A DNA stretch of 63,530 nt, filler included, from Pirum gemmata (Eukaryota), in assembly GCA_002812295.1 (NCBI GenBank). It is 16 parts of 16 records of this genome, joined end to end, with 100 filler letters (N's around TTAATTAATTAA, not from the genome) between each part and the next. Parts side by side here need not be neighbours in the genome. Positions count along the whole stretch, not along the records: positions 38,922 to 42,648 come from PDIN01002066.1; positions 42,749 to 46,442 come from PDIN01002067.1; positions 46,543 to 52,127 come from PDIN01002068.1; positions 52,228 to 55,926 come from PDIN01002069.1; 12 more parts are not named here. The stretch is one strand, 5' to 3'. The position numbers and the translations under genes are program-made. The notes beneath the pieces were generated by a model. The model did not search any database and had not been told where the DNA came from. It saw only the letters and a list, made by a program, of their open reading frames with translations. Below are positions 39,279 to 52,658 of the stretch, in pieces (within the stretch, counting starts at the first letter, position 1; the number at the start of each line of letters is the position of its first letter).

Positions 39279-42200
39279 CTGTCAGCATCAGAGGGAACTG
39301 GAATAACAATTTTTACATTATTTGCCGAACTTTTTCTTTTAAATTGACTTTTCGCTTTAATCATATATTCTACACGGCTATGGGAATGCCTTTCAACGAC
39401 AGATTCTACCCATATTAATGGTTTCATCTTCAAAATTGAAATGTAATTAACAATAATAGTGATATAAGTTAACAGTCATGTTCATAACAATAAAAATAGC
39501 AAATTTGTTAATGATTGATTTAATAAAAACTTTAAAACCCAATTTCATCCAGGTTAAGTACAATTGTTTAATTAACAAAAATAATTGTCAATACAATATT
39601 TATATAAATAGTGAAAACAACTGCCCCGTCAATGAAAGAGAATTTAAAGTCAATAATTAAAAATAAATCTATAAAACAAATACTTAGTGATATAAAAAGT
39701 AAACGCAGATTCATTAACAACCAACCCCCAATAAGAAAGTCACGGTTAGAAACAAACTACAATACAAACGAAAAAACAAGCAATAGACCTAAACAGAAAA
39801 ATGAGAATAAAATAAAAAGTAACGAATCCAAAATTTCAAGTCGATGCAACCTAACCCAGGATAAAAAAAATAATACAGACATTAAAGCAGCAAGTACCAA
39901 GATAATATTGTACACAAAATTTCAGGGAACAAAATGGAGGGGTGGGGGGCTACCAACAAGCAGATTTTTTTGGTAACTACATACCTGGTTACTTAATCGG
40001 TAAGACATTAGTTCAAATTCTCCATCAGGAGGTATAAATGATATAGTACGGTCATTTTCAAATCTAAGAAAAATATTACAAATACAATAAGTCAAATTCC
40101 TAACCTTGGATAAACGAAATTAATAATAATAATAACATCTAAACAATAGTAATAAATAACAACATGATACTTATGCTAATCAAAAACGAACCGTGATAAT
40201 CGAACACATTGATGGAACTTAACGTCTTCCAGTTCAACTGCTTTTCCACGACCAGCTATTTACAAATATAGAAGATTAATTGAGATATTTTAGTATCATT
40301 TTTAAAAACAAATTTCACAGAAACTGTATAATTTATCTCAACAGCATATCATGTCACGCTAAATCAATTTCACGTAAAGTTTTTTTACTCAATAATGCCT
40401 TATAGAAGCCTAATCACTAAATACCATATTACCAATACAGACAGGGGAAAAAGGGATATCGAGACAAAAAGATAAGAAATTGCGAGAGGACGAATAAATA
40501 TAAGAGAAGAAGTATGTAATGTTTGTATCGACAACAAGATGAGGGTTTATAAGAGGATGAACAACAAAAGAAAAGTATGTAATGTGTGTATTAAAAAGCA
40601 CTCACATCTTCCAGAATTTTCAAATAGGACTTTATCATTCAAACCAAGACGCAATTCTGGCATTCCCGTCAGAAATACACGCATTTTGACTGAGCCAACC
40701 ACTTCACATCGTAAAACTTGTCCTGCTTGGTTTGTCTTTAGGAAATTTAAGTTATTAAAAAGAAAGAAATTGGAACAAAAAAAAAATACAAAGTTGATAA
40801 AACGATATGCATTATTACCAATAAATTTACATATTCGACAACATCCAGGAATACTTCATTTTTCCTATATTTTAGACCTTCGGACCGCCACGATACTGCA
40901 TTAGTCACAGCCATTGGTGGTCTAGCTTCAATTAATAATTTATGTGATTCCTGGGTTATAAATCTGTGTGTTTACGATAAAATTATATAAGTCGGCAATA
41001 TATCTGTGTTTAGGATTAAATTAAATTATAAGTCGGCAATATTAACATGGAAGAATAATTTTTATGAAAACATCAAATATAGCAGTTTATAAATACTTAC
41101 TCTTGTAAAATTTTAGTTTCTGTTGTCTGTGGGTAACCAAAATCAACAATCTCGTCAAATAACTCATAAATTATAACAAAGTTATCTCTTATAGATTCTT
41201 CTTCTAATTCTTTGAAATACTCTCGCAAAACCTTTGATATACAAACATTACAAACCCAAATATAATAGCCGAATATTAATATATAAAATCATACTTCAAA
41301 ATAAAAAGTAAAGAAAAACGGGTAACTACCAACACCAACAATAAAAGATAAAGGGTAATAGATGTGCGCCTTGTCACAGGAGTGTTCGTCGTTTCGAACA
41401 GGATAAAAACGCAATAAAAAAATAAAAAAAACCAATCATAAATATACAATATGGATATACCTGGACAAGTTTATGCATAAAAACAAAGATTAAAGCTACG
41501 TTGGCGTTTCTTCGAGTAGTTGCAACCACTAAATAGACAAAAAGGAATAAATAGATAAATCAAAAGTGCCAAAACACATATTATATATACTCAAGAGATT
41601 AGCCCATTTCACTTAACATGCTTAGTTAAGGCTATGCTAGCATCTACTAACAAAAAAAACACTACCGCCATATCAATACAATATCACTGCTTTTAACACT
41701 ACGGCTTATACTAATACTGACACTACTAATAAAGGACAATCCTAATAGCAATAGAAATATCACACTATCACCATACTGTGACTTTTTTAGACTAAAGTTA
41801 CTAATACAGCTATAATTGTAAAACCCAAAGCAGGGTTACATATTGGACTTGCACAACAAAAATTTAATATAAATATCAATCAAAATGCCAAATAATATAT
41901 CGACAGTAGCAAGAAAAACAAAGAACCACATAACAACTCAAATAAGGAAACAAAAAATAAACCCAAAGGCAAAATTAAGAACACCTCAAACCATACATGC
42001 AAAACCATTGTTGCAAATAATAGCATAATAGTAATAGTAATATTAATAGCACAATAGTAATAGTAATATTAATAGCATAATAGTAATAGTAATAGTATAG
42101 ATATTTATATTAAAATAGTATAAATTTTGCTTACGGTAGACATTCTGATATTTTATGTATACAAAAGTTACTTCCCCGTCAATCAAAATAGGTGATTCTA

Positions 42201-42336
42201 GAAAGCCCTCATCTTCTCTTTCTACCACTAGAGGAAGAAATTTATCGATACTATCTAAGGGGATGTCACCACGATAATCCCGACAGATTAATGTTTTACC
42301 CTTTAAATCAAGGATATACAGGGCTGAGAATGGCAT
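39279..42336 (-). CDS. AP1M1: AP-1 adaptor complex mu subunit, 5' portion
   Basis: Exons 42336-42135, 41528-41461, 41231-41101, 40963-40819, 40735-40606, 40255-40192, 40063-39985 and 39427-39279. Motifs: [130 protein letters not shown]. Confidence 0.95.
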
Positions 42337-42748
42337 GATATTTGTGTTCAAATTATAGAATATTTGTGTTCAAGTTATAGAAGTACAAACATTCGTATTA
42401 ATTATCAAATAAATAAATAAGTCAACAAAACAGCAATATATGATATTTTTTGTTTATATATAAATAGTCCTAGATAAATAGTCTATATTTTTTTTTATAT
42501 GTATAATCTACTTACTAGAGCTAGGTATAATCTATACTTTTTTTTCATATATGTTGCGATACACTTACGATACTCATAATAATAATAATCCTGAATAATA
42601 ATCATAATATGTTATGATAGACTATGATAGGAAAAAAAAAAAAAAAAANNNNNNNNNNNNNNNNNNNNNNNNNNNNNNNNNNNNNNNNNNNNTTAATTAA
42701 TTAANNNNNNNNNNNNNNNNNNNNNNNNNNNNNNNNNNNNNNNNNNNN

Positions 42749-43025
42749 TCTAACTCTAACTCTAACTCTAACTCTAACTCTAACTCTTACTCTAACTATA
42801 ACTATAACTCTAACTCTAACTCCGACTCCAACTCTAACCCTAACCCTAACCCTAACCCTAACCTGACCCTGAATCTAACTCTAACACTAACCATTAACTC
42901 TAACTCTAACTCCTAACTCTAACTCTAACTCTAACCCTAACCCTAACCCTAACCCTTATCCTAATCCTAACCCTAACCCTAACCTGACCCTGACCCTAAC
43001 CCTAACCGTAACCTTAACCCTACCA
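42749..43025 (-). repeat. (CTCTAA)n/(CCCTAA)n telomere-like tract
   Basis: Read directly. Confidence 0.9.
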
Positions 43026-43209
43026 CTAGGAAACCATGGCGATAGCTATGGATTCAAAAATGACACATTAACCCTTAACCAACATAACATGTGTACTAAT
43101 AGTATAGTCATAATAGTAATAGTAATTATAACAAAAATAAAAAGTAATTAATTTTTTCTACCACGTATCCAAATCTATTAGAGTAGGTTTCAGTATCTCG
43201 GCAGCAGCT

Positions 43210-46101
43210 ATAGTTAAATAAAAATTACAATAAGGATAAAAATAGCATTAGAACTAGTATTAGTGGCCATAGTAGTGGGAATAGTAATGATCATAGTAGT
43301 GGTAATAGTAGTGAGAATAGTAGTGGGAAAGTGGGAATAGTAGTAGGAATAGTAGTGGGAATAGTAGTGGGAATAGCGGTAGTGGGAATAGTAGTGGGAA
43401 TAGTAGTGGGTTAGGGTTAGGGTTAGGGTTAGGTGGGAATAGTAGTGGGTTAGGGTTAGGGTTAGGGTTAGGTGGGAACAGTTAAATAAAATTACAATAA
43501 GAATAAAAATGGTACTAGAACTAATATTAGTGGTCATAGTAGTGGTTATAGTAGTGATTATAGTAGTGGTTATAGTAATGGGAATAATAGTGGGAATAGT
43601 AATGGGAATAGTAGTGGGAATAGTAGTGGGAATAGTAGTGGGAATAGTAGTGGGAATAGCAGTGGGAATAGTAGGAATAGTAGTAGGAATAGTAGTGGGA
43701 ATAGTAATGGGAATAGTAGTGGGAATAGTAGTGGGAATAGTAGCGGGAATAGTAGTGGGAATAGTAGTGGGAATAGTAGTGGGAATAGTAGTGGGAATAG
43801 TAGTAGGAATAGTAGTGGGAATGGTAGTGGGAATGGTAGTGGGAATAGTTAAATAAAAATTACAATAAGGATTAATAATGGTACTAGAACTAGTATTAGT
43901 GGGAATAGTAGTGGGAATAGTAGTGGGAATAGTAGTGGGAATAGTAGTGGGAATAGTAGTGGGAATAGTAATTGGAATAGTAGTACGAATAGCAGTGGGA
44001 ATAGTAGTGGGAATAGTAGTGGGAATAGTAGCTATAGTTAAATAAAAATTACAATAAGAATAAAAATAGCAACAATAGCTCCAGAATTAGTATTAGTATT
44101 AGTGGCCGTAGAAGTGATCATAGTAGTGGTCATAGTTAAATAAAAATTACAATAAGAATAAAATGATACTAGACCTAGTATTAGTGGTCAAAGTAGTGGT
44201 CATAGTAGCGGTCATAGTAGTGGTAATAGTAGTGGTAATAGTAGTGGTAATAGTAGTGGTAATAGTAGTAGTCATAGTTGTGGTCATAGTAGTGGTCATA
44301 GTAGTGGTCATAGTAGTGGTCATAGTAGTGGTCATAGTAGTGATCATAGTAGTGGTCATAGTAGTCGTTATTATTATTACTATTATTATTATTATTATAG
44401 TAGTGGTAATGGTAGTGGTCATGGTAGTGGTCATGGTAGTGGCCATAGTAGTGGTCATAGTATCAGTGGTCATAGTAGTGGTCATAGTAGTGGTTATAGT
44501 AGTGGTTATAGTAGTGGTTATAGTAGTGGTTATAGTAGTGGCCATAGTAGTCATAGTAGTGGTCATAGTATAGGTCATAGTAGTGGTCATAGTAGTGGTC
44601 ATAGTAGTGGTCATAATAATGGTCATAGTAGTGGTCGTCGACGTCGTTATTATTATTACTATTATTATTATTATTATAGTAGCGGTAATGGTAGTGATCA
44701 TGGTAGTGATCATGGTAGTGGCCATGGTAGTCGCCATAGTATTGGTGGACATAGAGTATCATAGTAGTGGTCATAGTAGTGGCCATAGTTGTGGTCATAG
44801 TTGTGGTCATAGTTGTGGTCATAGTTGTGGTCATAGTAGTGGTCATAGTAGTGGTCATAGTAGTGGCCATAGTAATGGTCATAGTAGTGGTCGTCGACGT
44901 CGTTATTATTATTACTACTATTATTATTATAGTGGTGGTCATGGTAGTGGTCATGGTAGTGGTCATGGTAGTGGTCATAGTAGTGGCAATAGTATTAGTG
45001 GTTATAGTAGTGGTCACAGTAGTGGTTATAGTAGTGGCCATAGTAGTGGTCATAGTAGTGGTCATAGTAGTGGTCATAGTAGTGGTTATAGTAGTGGTCA
45101 TAGTAGTGGTCGTCGACGTCGTTATTATTATTACTATTATTATTATTATTATTATAGTAGTGGTCATGGTAGTGGTCATGGTAGTGGTCATGGTAGTGGT
45201 CATGGTAGTGGCCATAGTAGTGGCCATAGTATTAGTGGTCATAGTAGTGGTCATAGTAGTGGTCATAGTAGTGGCCATAGTAGTGGCCATAGTAGTGGTC
45301 ATAGTAGTGGTCATAGTAGTGGTCATAGTAGTGGTCATAGTAGTGGTCATAGTAGTGGTCACAGTAATGGTCATAGTAGTGGTTGTCGACGTCGTTATTA
45401 TTACTATTATTATTACTATTATAGTGGTGGTCATGGTAGTGGTCATGGTAGTGGTCATGGTAGTGGTCNGTAGTGGTCATGGTAGTGGTCATGGTAGTGG
45501 TCATGGTAGTGGTCATGGTAGTGGTCATGGTAGTGGTCATGGTGGTGGTCATAGTTGTGGTCATAGTAGGGATTATTATTATAGTAGTGGTAATGGTAGT
45601 GGTCATGGTAGTGGTCATGGTAGTAGCCATAGTAGTGGCCATAGTATTAGTGGTCATATTAGTGGTCAAAGTAGTGGTCATAGTAGTGGTCATAGTAGTG
45701 GTCATAGTAGTGATTATAGTAGTAGTCATAGTAGTGGTCATAGTAGTGGTCATAGTAGTGGTCATAGTAGTGGTCACAGTAGTGGTCATAGTAGTGGTCG
45801 TCGACGTCGTTATTTTTATTACTATTATTATTATTATTATAGTAGTGGTAATGGTAGTGGGCATGGTAGTGGGCATGGTAGTGGGCATGGTAGTGGCCAT
45901 GGTAGTGGCCATAGTATTAGTGGTCATAGTAGTGGTCATAGTAGTGGTCATAGTAGTGGTCATAGTAGTGGTCATGGTAGTTGTATAGTAGTGGTTATAG
46001 TAGTGGTCATAGTAGTGGTCATAGTAGTGGCCATAGTAGTGGTCATAGTAGTGGTCATAGTAGTGGTCATAGTAATGGTCATAGTAGTGGTCGTGGACGT
46101 C

Positions 46102-46134
<33 letters not shown>

Positions 46135-46211
46135 GTTATAGTAGTGGCCATGGTAGTGGTCATAGTAGTGGTCATAGTAGTGGTCATAGTAGTAGTCATA
46201 GTAGTGGTCAT

Positions 46212-46215
<4 letters not shown>
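43210..46215 (+). repeat. 12-bp minisatellite (ATAGTAGTGGGA grading to ATAGTAGTGGTC) with higher-order units
   Basis: About 3 kb array. Landmarks aataaaaattacaataag (about 43217, 43490, 43852, 44041, 44139) and gtcgacgtcgtt(att)n (about 44637, 44893, 45112, 45385, 45800, 46093) recur. Confidence 0.92.
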
Positions 46216-46251
<36 letters not shown>

Positions 46252-46585
46252 GGGTTAGAGCTAGGGTTGGAGTTAGGGTTAGGGTTAGGGTTAGAGTAGA
46301 GTTAGAGTTAGAGTTAGAGTTAGAGTTAAGAGTATTATTATCATCTAAAGTTAGAAGTATTTGGAATATTATAAAGTTATTTGATCCTTTAGTTTCAGTT
46401 AACTCTGAAATTAGTGGTGGTGGAGAATCTTTAGTAGAATGTNNNNNNNNNNNNNNNNNNNNNNNNNNNNNNNNNNNNNNNNNNNNTTAATTAATTAANN
46501 NNNNNNNNNNNNNNNNNNNNNNNNNNNNNNNNNNNNNNNNNNTTAATTCATCGTGGTGATGGTGATGGTGATGGTGATGGTGATA

Positions 46586-46645
<60 letters not shown>

Positions 46646-46906
46646 GTAGTGAGTTATGGTAGTGCGTGCGATGCGCGTGATGATAGTAAGGATGATGATA
46701 ACGGGAACAATGCTTCGAATAAAATAAAGCTTATTATAAAATAGCTACATAAGAACACTCAGATAAGTTAAATCAATCAAATAAATTCAGATACTCTAGT
46801 CTAAAATTAACATCATAGAAATCTTTTTACAACTATAAAAAATAAGCTTGAGGGTTTTTGTTAGTATTTATGTTGTGTAATAAAGCTATGTAAAAAGAAT
46901 ACTTAC

Positions 46907-47628
46907 TTTTTTGAATACTGCCATGAAGTGATCAGTCAAAGCTTTATCAAAATCTTCACCACCCAAGAAAGTATCCCCATTGGTAGCTTTTACTTCAAAA
47001 ACACCTTTTTGGATTTCCAAGATAGAAATATCAAAAGTACCTCCACCTAAATCATAAACGGCAATAATCTTATCTTGATCAGTTTTATTCATACCGTAAG
47101 CTAATGCAGCAGCTGTTGGTTCGTTGATTACACGTAAAACATTCAATCCAGCAATTTGACCAGCATCTTTGGTAGCTTGACGCTGGGAATCGTTGAAGTA
47201 AGCAGGCACAGTAACTACAGCATTTTTTACACTAGTACCCAAATAACTTTCAGCAGTTTCTTTCATTTTACCCAAAATAAACGCACCGATTTGTGATGGG
47301 GAATAGTCTTTTCCTTGGGCCTTTACCCAAGCATCACCATTTGGTGCTTTGACAATTTTATAAGGTACCATTTTAATATCTTCTTGAGTTTCTTTATCAT
47401 CAAATCGACGACCGATCAAACGTTTACTGGCAAAAACGGTGTTTTTAGGGTTGGTTACTGCTTGACGTTTAGCAGGTTGACCAACAAGACGTTCACCATC
47501 TTCAGCGAAACCAACAACAGATGGAGTAGTACGAACACCTTCTGCATTTTCAATTACTCTGGCTTCTTTACCATCCATAACAGACACACAGGAGTTGGTA
47601 GTACCTAAATCGATACCAATAACAGCAC
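46907..47628 (-). CDS. HSPA9: Mitochondrial Hsp70 (mortalin/Ssc1), N-terminal ATPase exon A
   Basis: [105 protein letters not shown] acceptor at 47631-47629; GTAAGT donor at 46906. Confidence 0.95.
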
Positions 47629-47821
47629 CTGTACATATATAATATATAAATGATGAATGATATTTGATACAATATTATTAAATGATCATTTCTAAACAAA
47701 TCGACAAATAACCGAAGCTTATGATATCGGAAACAATAACAGGAAAAATAATATAAAGATTAATACGGTGAGAAAAAAAATGACATGATGATGACCGTGA
47801 TGCTTACAATAATAATAATAA

Positions 47822-47874
<53 letters not shown>

Positions 47875-47911
47875 GCCAACAATGATAAACAAAAAGGAAA
47901 AACAAACATAC

Positions 47912-48168
47912 CCTTTTTGAACTTCGGCATCCTTGATACATTTGTTGCATGGTTCTCTTGTACGTTCAATAAGAGACGAAGTAATCTTTTCAAGTTCAGA
48001 GCGAGTCATTTTCATTTGAAAGTGTTTTGGTCCAGTAGCATCAGCGGTAATATATGGTAAGTTAACTTCAGTTTGAAGAGAAGAAGATAACTCAACTTTA
48101 GCTTTCTCTGCAGCTTCTCTTAAACGTTGAACCGCGAAAATATCTTTAGAGATATCTAATTTTTGTTC
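47912..48168 (-). CDS. HSPA9: Mitochondrial Hsp70, middle exon B
   Basis: [60 protein letters not shown]...KDAEVQK, bounded by AG and GT. Confidence 0.93.
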
Positions 48169-48354
48169 CTATATATATATATATATTTTTGTAGGAATAA
48201 CAGTACGACATAGGTTAATAATGAATAACAATTCTAAAAAATAAAGGTCTGGACACAATATCCTGATTATCTGATTATAATGATGATAAGGGTGATGATA
48301 TTCATAAAATTTTAATTCATCGTGGTGATGGTGATGGTGATGGTGATGGTGATA

Positions 48355-48414
<60 letters not shown>

Positions 48415-50506
48415 GTAGTGAGTTATGGTAGTGCGTGCGATGCGCGTGATGATAGTAAGGATGATGATAACGGGAACAATGCTTCGAATAAAANTATGAT
48501 GACAAAACAACTGAAAAGCACAATAATATTAATTATTAATATTAATTAAATTAAATAAAAAAAGAATAAAATGAAATCATACTACTTCATTGAGTAAAAA
48601 AACAAGCAAACAAGCAAACAAAAAAACCCCAAACCCCAAAACACACAAACACACAAACTACAAAAAAGAAACCATTCTCGTTTTAAAATTATCTAATAAA
48701 AGGTTAGGGTTAGAGTCCCGTTAGACTGAGACTACCAAGTGTACTCAACTGAGTCCTGACCAAGTCTAAATAGACACTACCATATTAGATAAAGTCTAGC
48801 TGACGAGTCATCGGGGGCGGGGCCCCAGTCGTGCGCTCTCATTGCAGCGCAGCACAAGCGCTTGTGCAATGAAGGTGTCTGAATGTACTCTGAATGTGTA
48901 ATGATTCTGTGCAATGATTCAAATGAATGCCAATGATTAGACTATATATAGTCAACATGTTTAAACTACCAGTATGTATAAACTATTTTGGTTTGCTAAT
49001 GAGACCACCAATACTCTACCAATGTCTACCATAGGCCTAGAAGGTAGGCTTTCTTGCTTTTTTGGCAAATTTTTTGTAGTGATTTTTTGCATTTTTACAT
49101 ATTAGGGATCTGTATTTTTTTTTGCATTTTTTTGAAGAGCAACCTCAAGAGCTCCCCAAGAACTTCGGCAAGCTATATCATATATTTAGGGTGTATATTT
49201 ATAACCCTAACCCTAACCCTATAGAAAGTAGAAACAGGGTTTTAAGCCTAGTACAAGGACTTCAAAAAATGAAGTCCTTGGCTAGCTAGCTAGTATGATA
49301 GTAGAAGGTTTAGGGCAAGTAACTATCATACAATAACTTGCATGGCCTAGTACTATTACTATATATAGTAGTATTACTGTTTATAGTAGTAATATTTTCA
49401 AATTTAGAAATCAAAACCCCAAGTGCCATATTTGGAGTAGAAGAACTATCGATACTACTACTACTACTACATACTACTACTATCTGATACGTGCTACTAC
49501 TACTACGTACTACTACTTCTAAGGAGCCCCAAGCAGTTCAAGATTGAGTTCCAGCTCTTTTTTTTCCTGGTGTTCAAGAGCCACACTTGGGATATTATTG
49601 AAGGAGACCGTTGGAGTGTGTTGGAACTATTGTTGCACTTGTTGTATTTGCTGTTTTATTTGCTGCTGTTGTTCTTGCTGCTGCTGTTCTTGCTGTTCAT
49701 GCTGTTGTTCTTGCCGCTCTTGTGGTTGTTTCTGTTGTTCTTGTTGCTCTTGCTGTACTGGTTGTTCCGATAATTTTAAAATATTATCTTCTTTTTTTTT
49801 AAAAAACCCATTTGCTCTGTCATTTTGCTCATGTCAATAATTTTAAAATCTCTTCTTTTCAAATGGTAGACTAGTTATGATACGATACTATCGATAGAGA
49901 AACTAGGAGTAACCAAATTTTTCCTCCTACAACACTATTGAAAAACACGGTAACCACCATATCATAGAAAGAGTTTTAAGTGAGAACTCTTTTCGTTGCT
50001 CATAAATAACTATAATTAATATTTTTGATAAAATTTTATTATCTATACGTATAACTTTTAAAATAATTTATTTTTTGTGGTTTTATATTAAAAAAAATTT
50101 TATATAATTAATAAAAATACATTAAATTTTTTTTAAAAAAATTATAAGCTGATTGAAATATATATTAAAAATAACAAGTATCATATTGGTAAACAACGAC
50201 ACTTACAAATGTTTTATTCGTTTCCCCCGATTCATTTATTATTCTTGAAAATACATTTTTACAATAAGGGAAACATTCATTAATGACGTCATCATAAAAC
50301 ACTGCAGACAGCTGCAGACCCATCTGATAAATATCATAAAAATAAAAATAAAAATAAAATTGATAGCCATAAGCAAAGTAAATATTAATACCATATCGCT
50401 AATACGATTTATCTATTGTCTAAGAGCTGGACAACCGAATTCCAAGAATAATGATCAAGAGCAAGAGCAAGAGAAAACGAACCTAAAAAAAAAAAAAAAA
50501 AAAAAA

Positions 50507-50552
<46 letters not shown>

Positions 50553-51228
50553 AGCAAACTAAATTACAGAATTACCAACCACAACCACAATGTAATAATA
50601 CTATCCAAACCAACAAAGAAACAAATAAAACAAATAAACAAAAAAAAATAATTTAAAAAAATATCAAATTCGTTTATTTCTAAATGTTATTACAAGTCAC
50701 TTTTTTTTTTTAAAAAAAAAAAGTATATTGATGATCAAAAATACAAAAATAGGATATTGCAAAGAGTAAAATGTGCAATATCTATAGTACAAAGCCATCA
50801 CTCAACACTTGCTCTCCTTCTCTCATAGTCTGAGATTGAGACAGTTAACTAACAAGGGAATCCAAACTGAAAAATGTCAAGTTCACCTTGACAAGTTTTT
50901 AAAACACGACCAGATATTTACATTGCTCAGTCTTGGGTCCCGATAAATTAATATTTCCTTTTTCTTAAATTTTAAAAATAACGTTGTAAATTAAAATTCT
51001 CAAAAGGCTTTGTTTTTTCAGAATAGGACACCGAAAATATACATTTGCTTAAAAAAAAAAACAATGCATAAAGTATGCATAAGCCCCTCGACACTTTCTA
51101 TTTTCAAAAAAAAAAAATGTACAGACTAAATCAACATAATTAATAATCAGTAATCAATTTCAGGTGTGAGAGTAGGTAAGGCGAGAGTGTTTGGTGTTTT
51201 CCTTTTTCTTAAGTTTCATTTTTTCTTA

Positions 51229-52126
51229 TTAGTTTTTCTTATCAGCATCTTTGAATTCTGCTTCTTGAGGACCTTCTTCAGTTTCAGAACCACCAGTGTT
51301 TTTCTTGGCAGCCATTTGGTACATGGTTAAAGATACTTGTTGCAATTCACTAGTAGCCTCTTTTATTTCAGCAGCTTCAGCAGATTCGTTCTCTAAAACA
51401 TCTCTCATCTTTTTAACTGCTTCTTCGATTTTAGTTCGGTCATCACCAGTGATTTGTTCCTTGTATTCTTCAAGAGCTTTTTCAACATCAGTGATTTGAG
51501 ACTCTCCAGAGTTTCTAGCTTCAATAGCTTCTTTACGTTTATTATCTTCTTCAGCATATTTTTCAGCATCACGAACCATGTTCTCAATTTCATCGTTGGA
51601 TAAACCACTTGATGATTGAATAACAACGTTAGCTTCTTTACCAGTTCCTTTGTCTCTAGCAGTAACGTTAACAATACCGTTGGCGTCAATATCAAAAGTA
51701 ACTTCTATTTGTGGTACACCACGTGGGGCAGGAGGGAATCCAGTCAATGAGAATTGACCTAACAACTGATTGTGCACAGCAATTTCACGTTCACCTTGGA
51801 ATATCTTGATTTCAACTTGTGTTTGTCCGTCCGCAGCAGTGGAGAAGACTTGACTCTTTTTAGTTGGAATGGTTGTGTTACGATTGATTAAGCGAGTAAA
51901 CACACCTCTGTATGTTTCAATACCTAAAGATAATGGGGTAACATCCAACAACAATACATCGGAAACATCCCCAGCTAAAACACCACCTTGGATAGCAGCA
52001 CCCATAGCAACAGCTTCGTCAGGGTTGACTGCTTTGGAAGGCTCACGACCGAACAATTGTTTAACGGATTCCACAACTTTAGGCATACGACTCATACCAC
52101 CAACCAAGATAACTTCGTTGATTTCG
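51229..52126 (-). CDS. HSPA9: Mitochondrial Hsp70, C-terminal exon C
   Basis: [98 protein letters not shown]; ends [11 protein letters not shown]. Confidence 0.95.
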
Positions 52127-52568
52127 CNNNNNNNNNNNNNNNNNNNNNNNNNNNNNNNNNNNNNNNNNNNNTTAATTAATTAANNNNNNNNNNNNNNNNN
52201 NNNNNNNNNNNNNNNNNNNNNNNNNNNAAAAAAAAAAAAAAAAAAAAAAAAAAAATTATAAAAAATGAAATTCAATATTATATAAATAAATAAATAAATA
52301 AAGAAATAAAGAAATAAAGAAATAAAGAAATAAAGAAATAAATAAAGAAAGAAATAAAGAAATAAATAAATAAAGAAATAAATACATAAACAAACAAATA
52401 AATAAATAAACCTATAGTATTTTTAAGAGAAATATATTATGATAGAAAAAGAAACTAAAAGAAAACAAAAAAAAAATTAAAAATATCAAATATATTTTTT
52501 TTTTGACTGACTAGCGAAATAAAATATTTTTACACTTTTTTATCACTAATAAAATATACCAAAATTTA

Positions 52569-52601
<33 letters not shown>

Positions 52602-52658
52602 ACTTTTATTTGGTTGTTTATAATAGTTAAATTGATACCTTTAAATAATAAAAATAAA

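Noticed and set aside
44147..46490. Long ORFs of poly-(MTTT), (VVVI) and (SSGH)
   Set aside because: By-products of the 12-bp minisatellite, open in several frames on both strands; no unique domain.
48800..48870. CTGACGA plus GC-rich palindrome GCACAAGCGCTTGTGC as a hammerhead ribozyme or Helitron end
   Set aside because: No GAAA core after a stem II, and no CTRR at the right distance.
49544..49840. Cys-rich 98-aa ORF resembling a metallothionein
   Set aside because: It is the antisense of a Gln/Glu-rich (CAA/CAG/GAA) stretch that itself contains a stop; no support on either strand.
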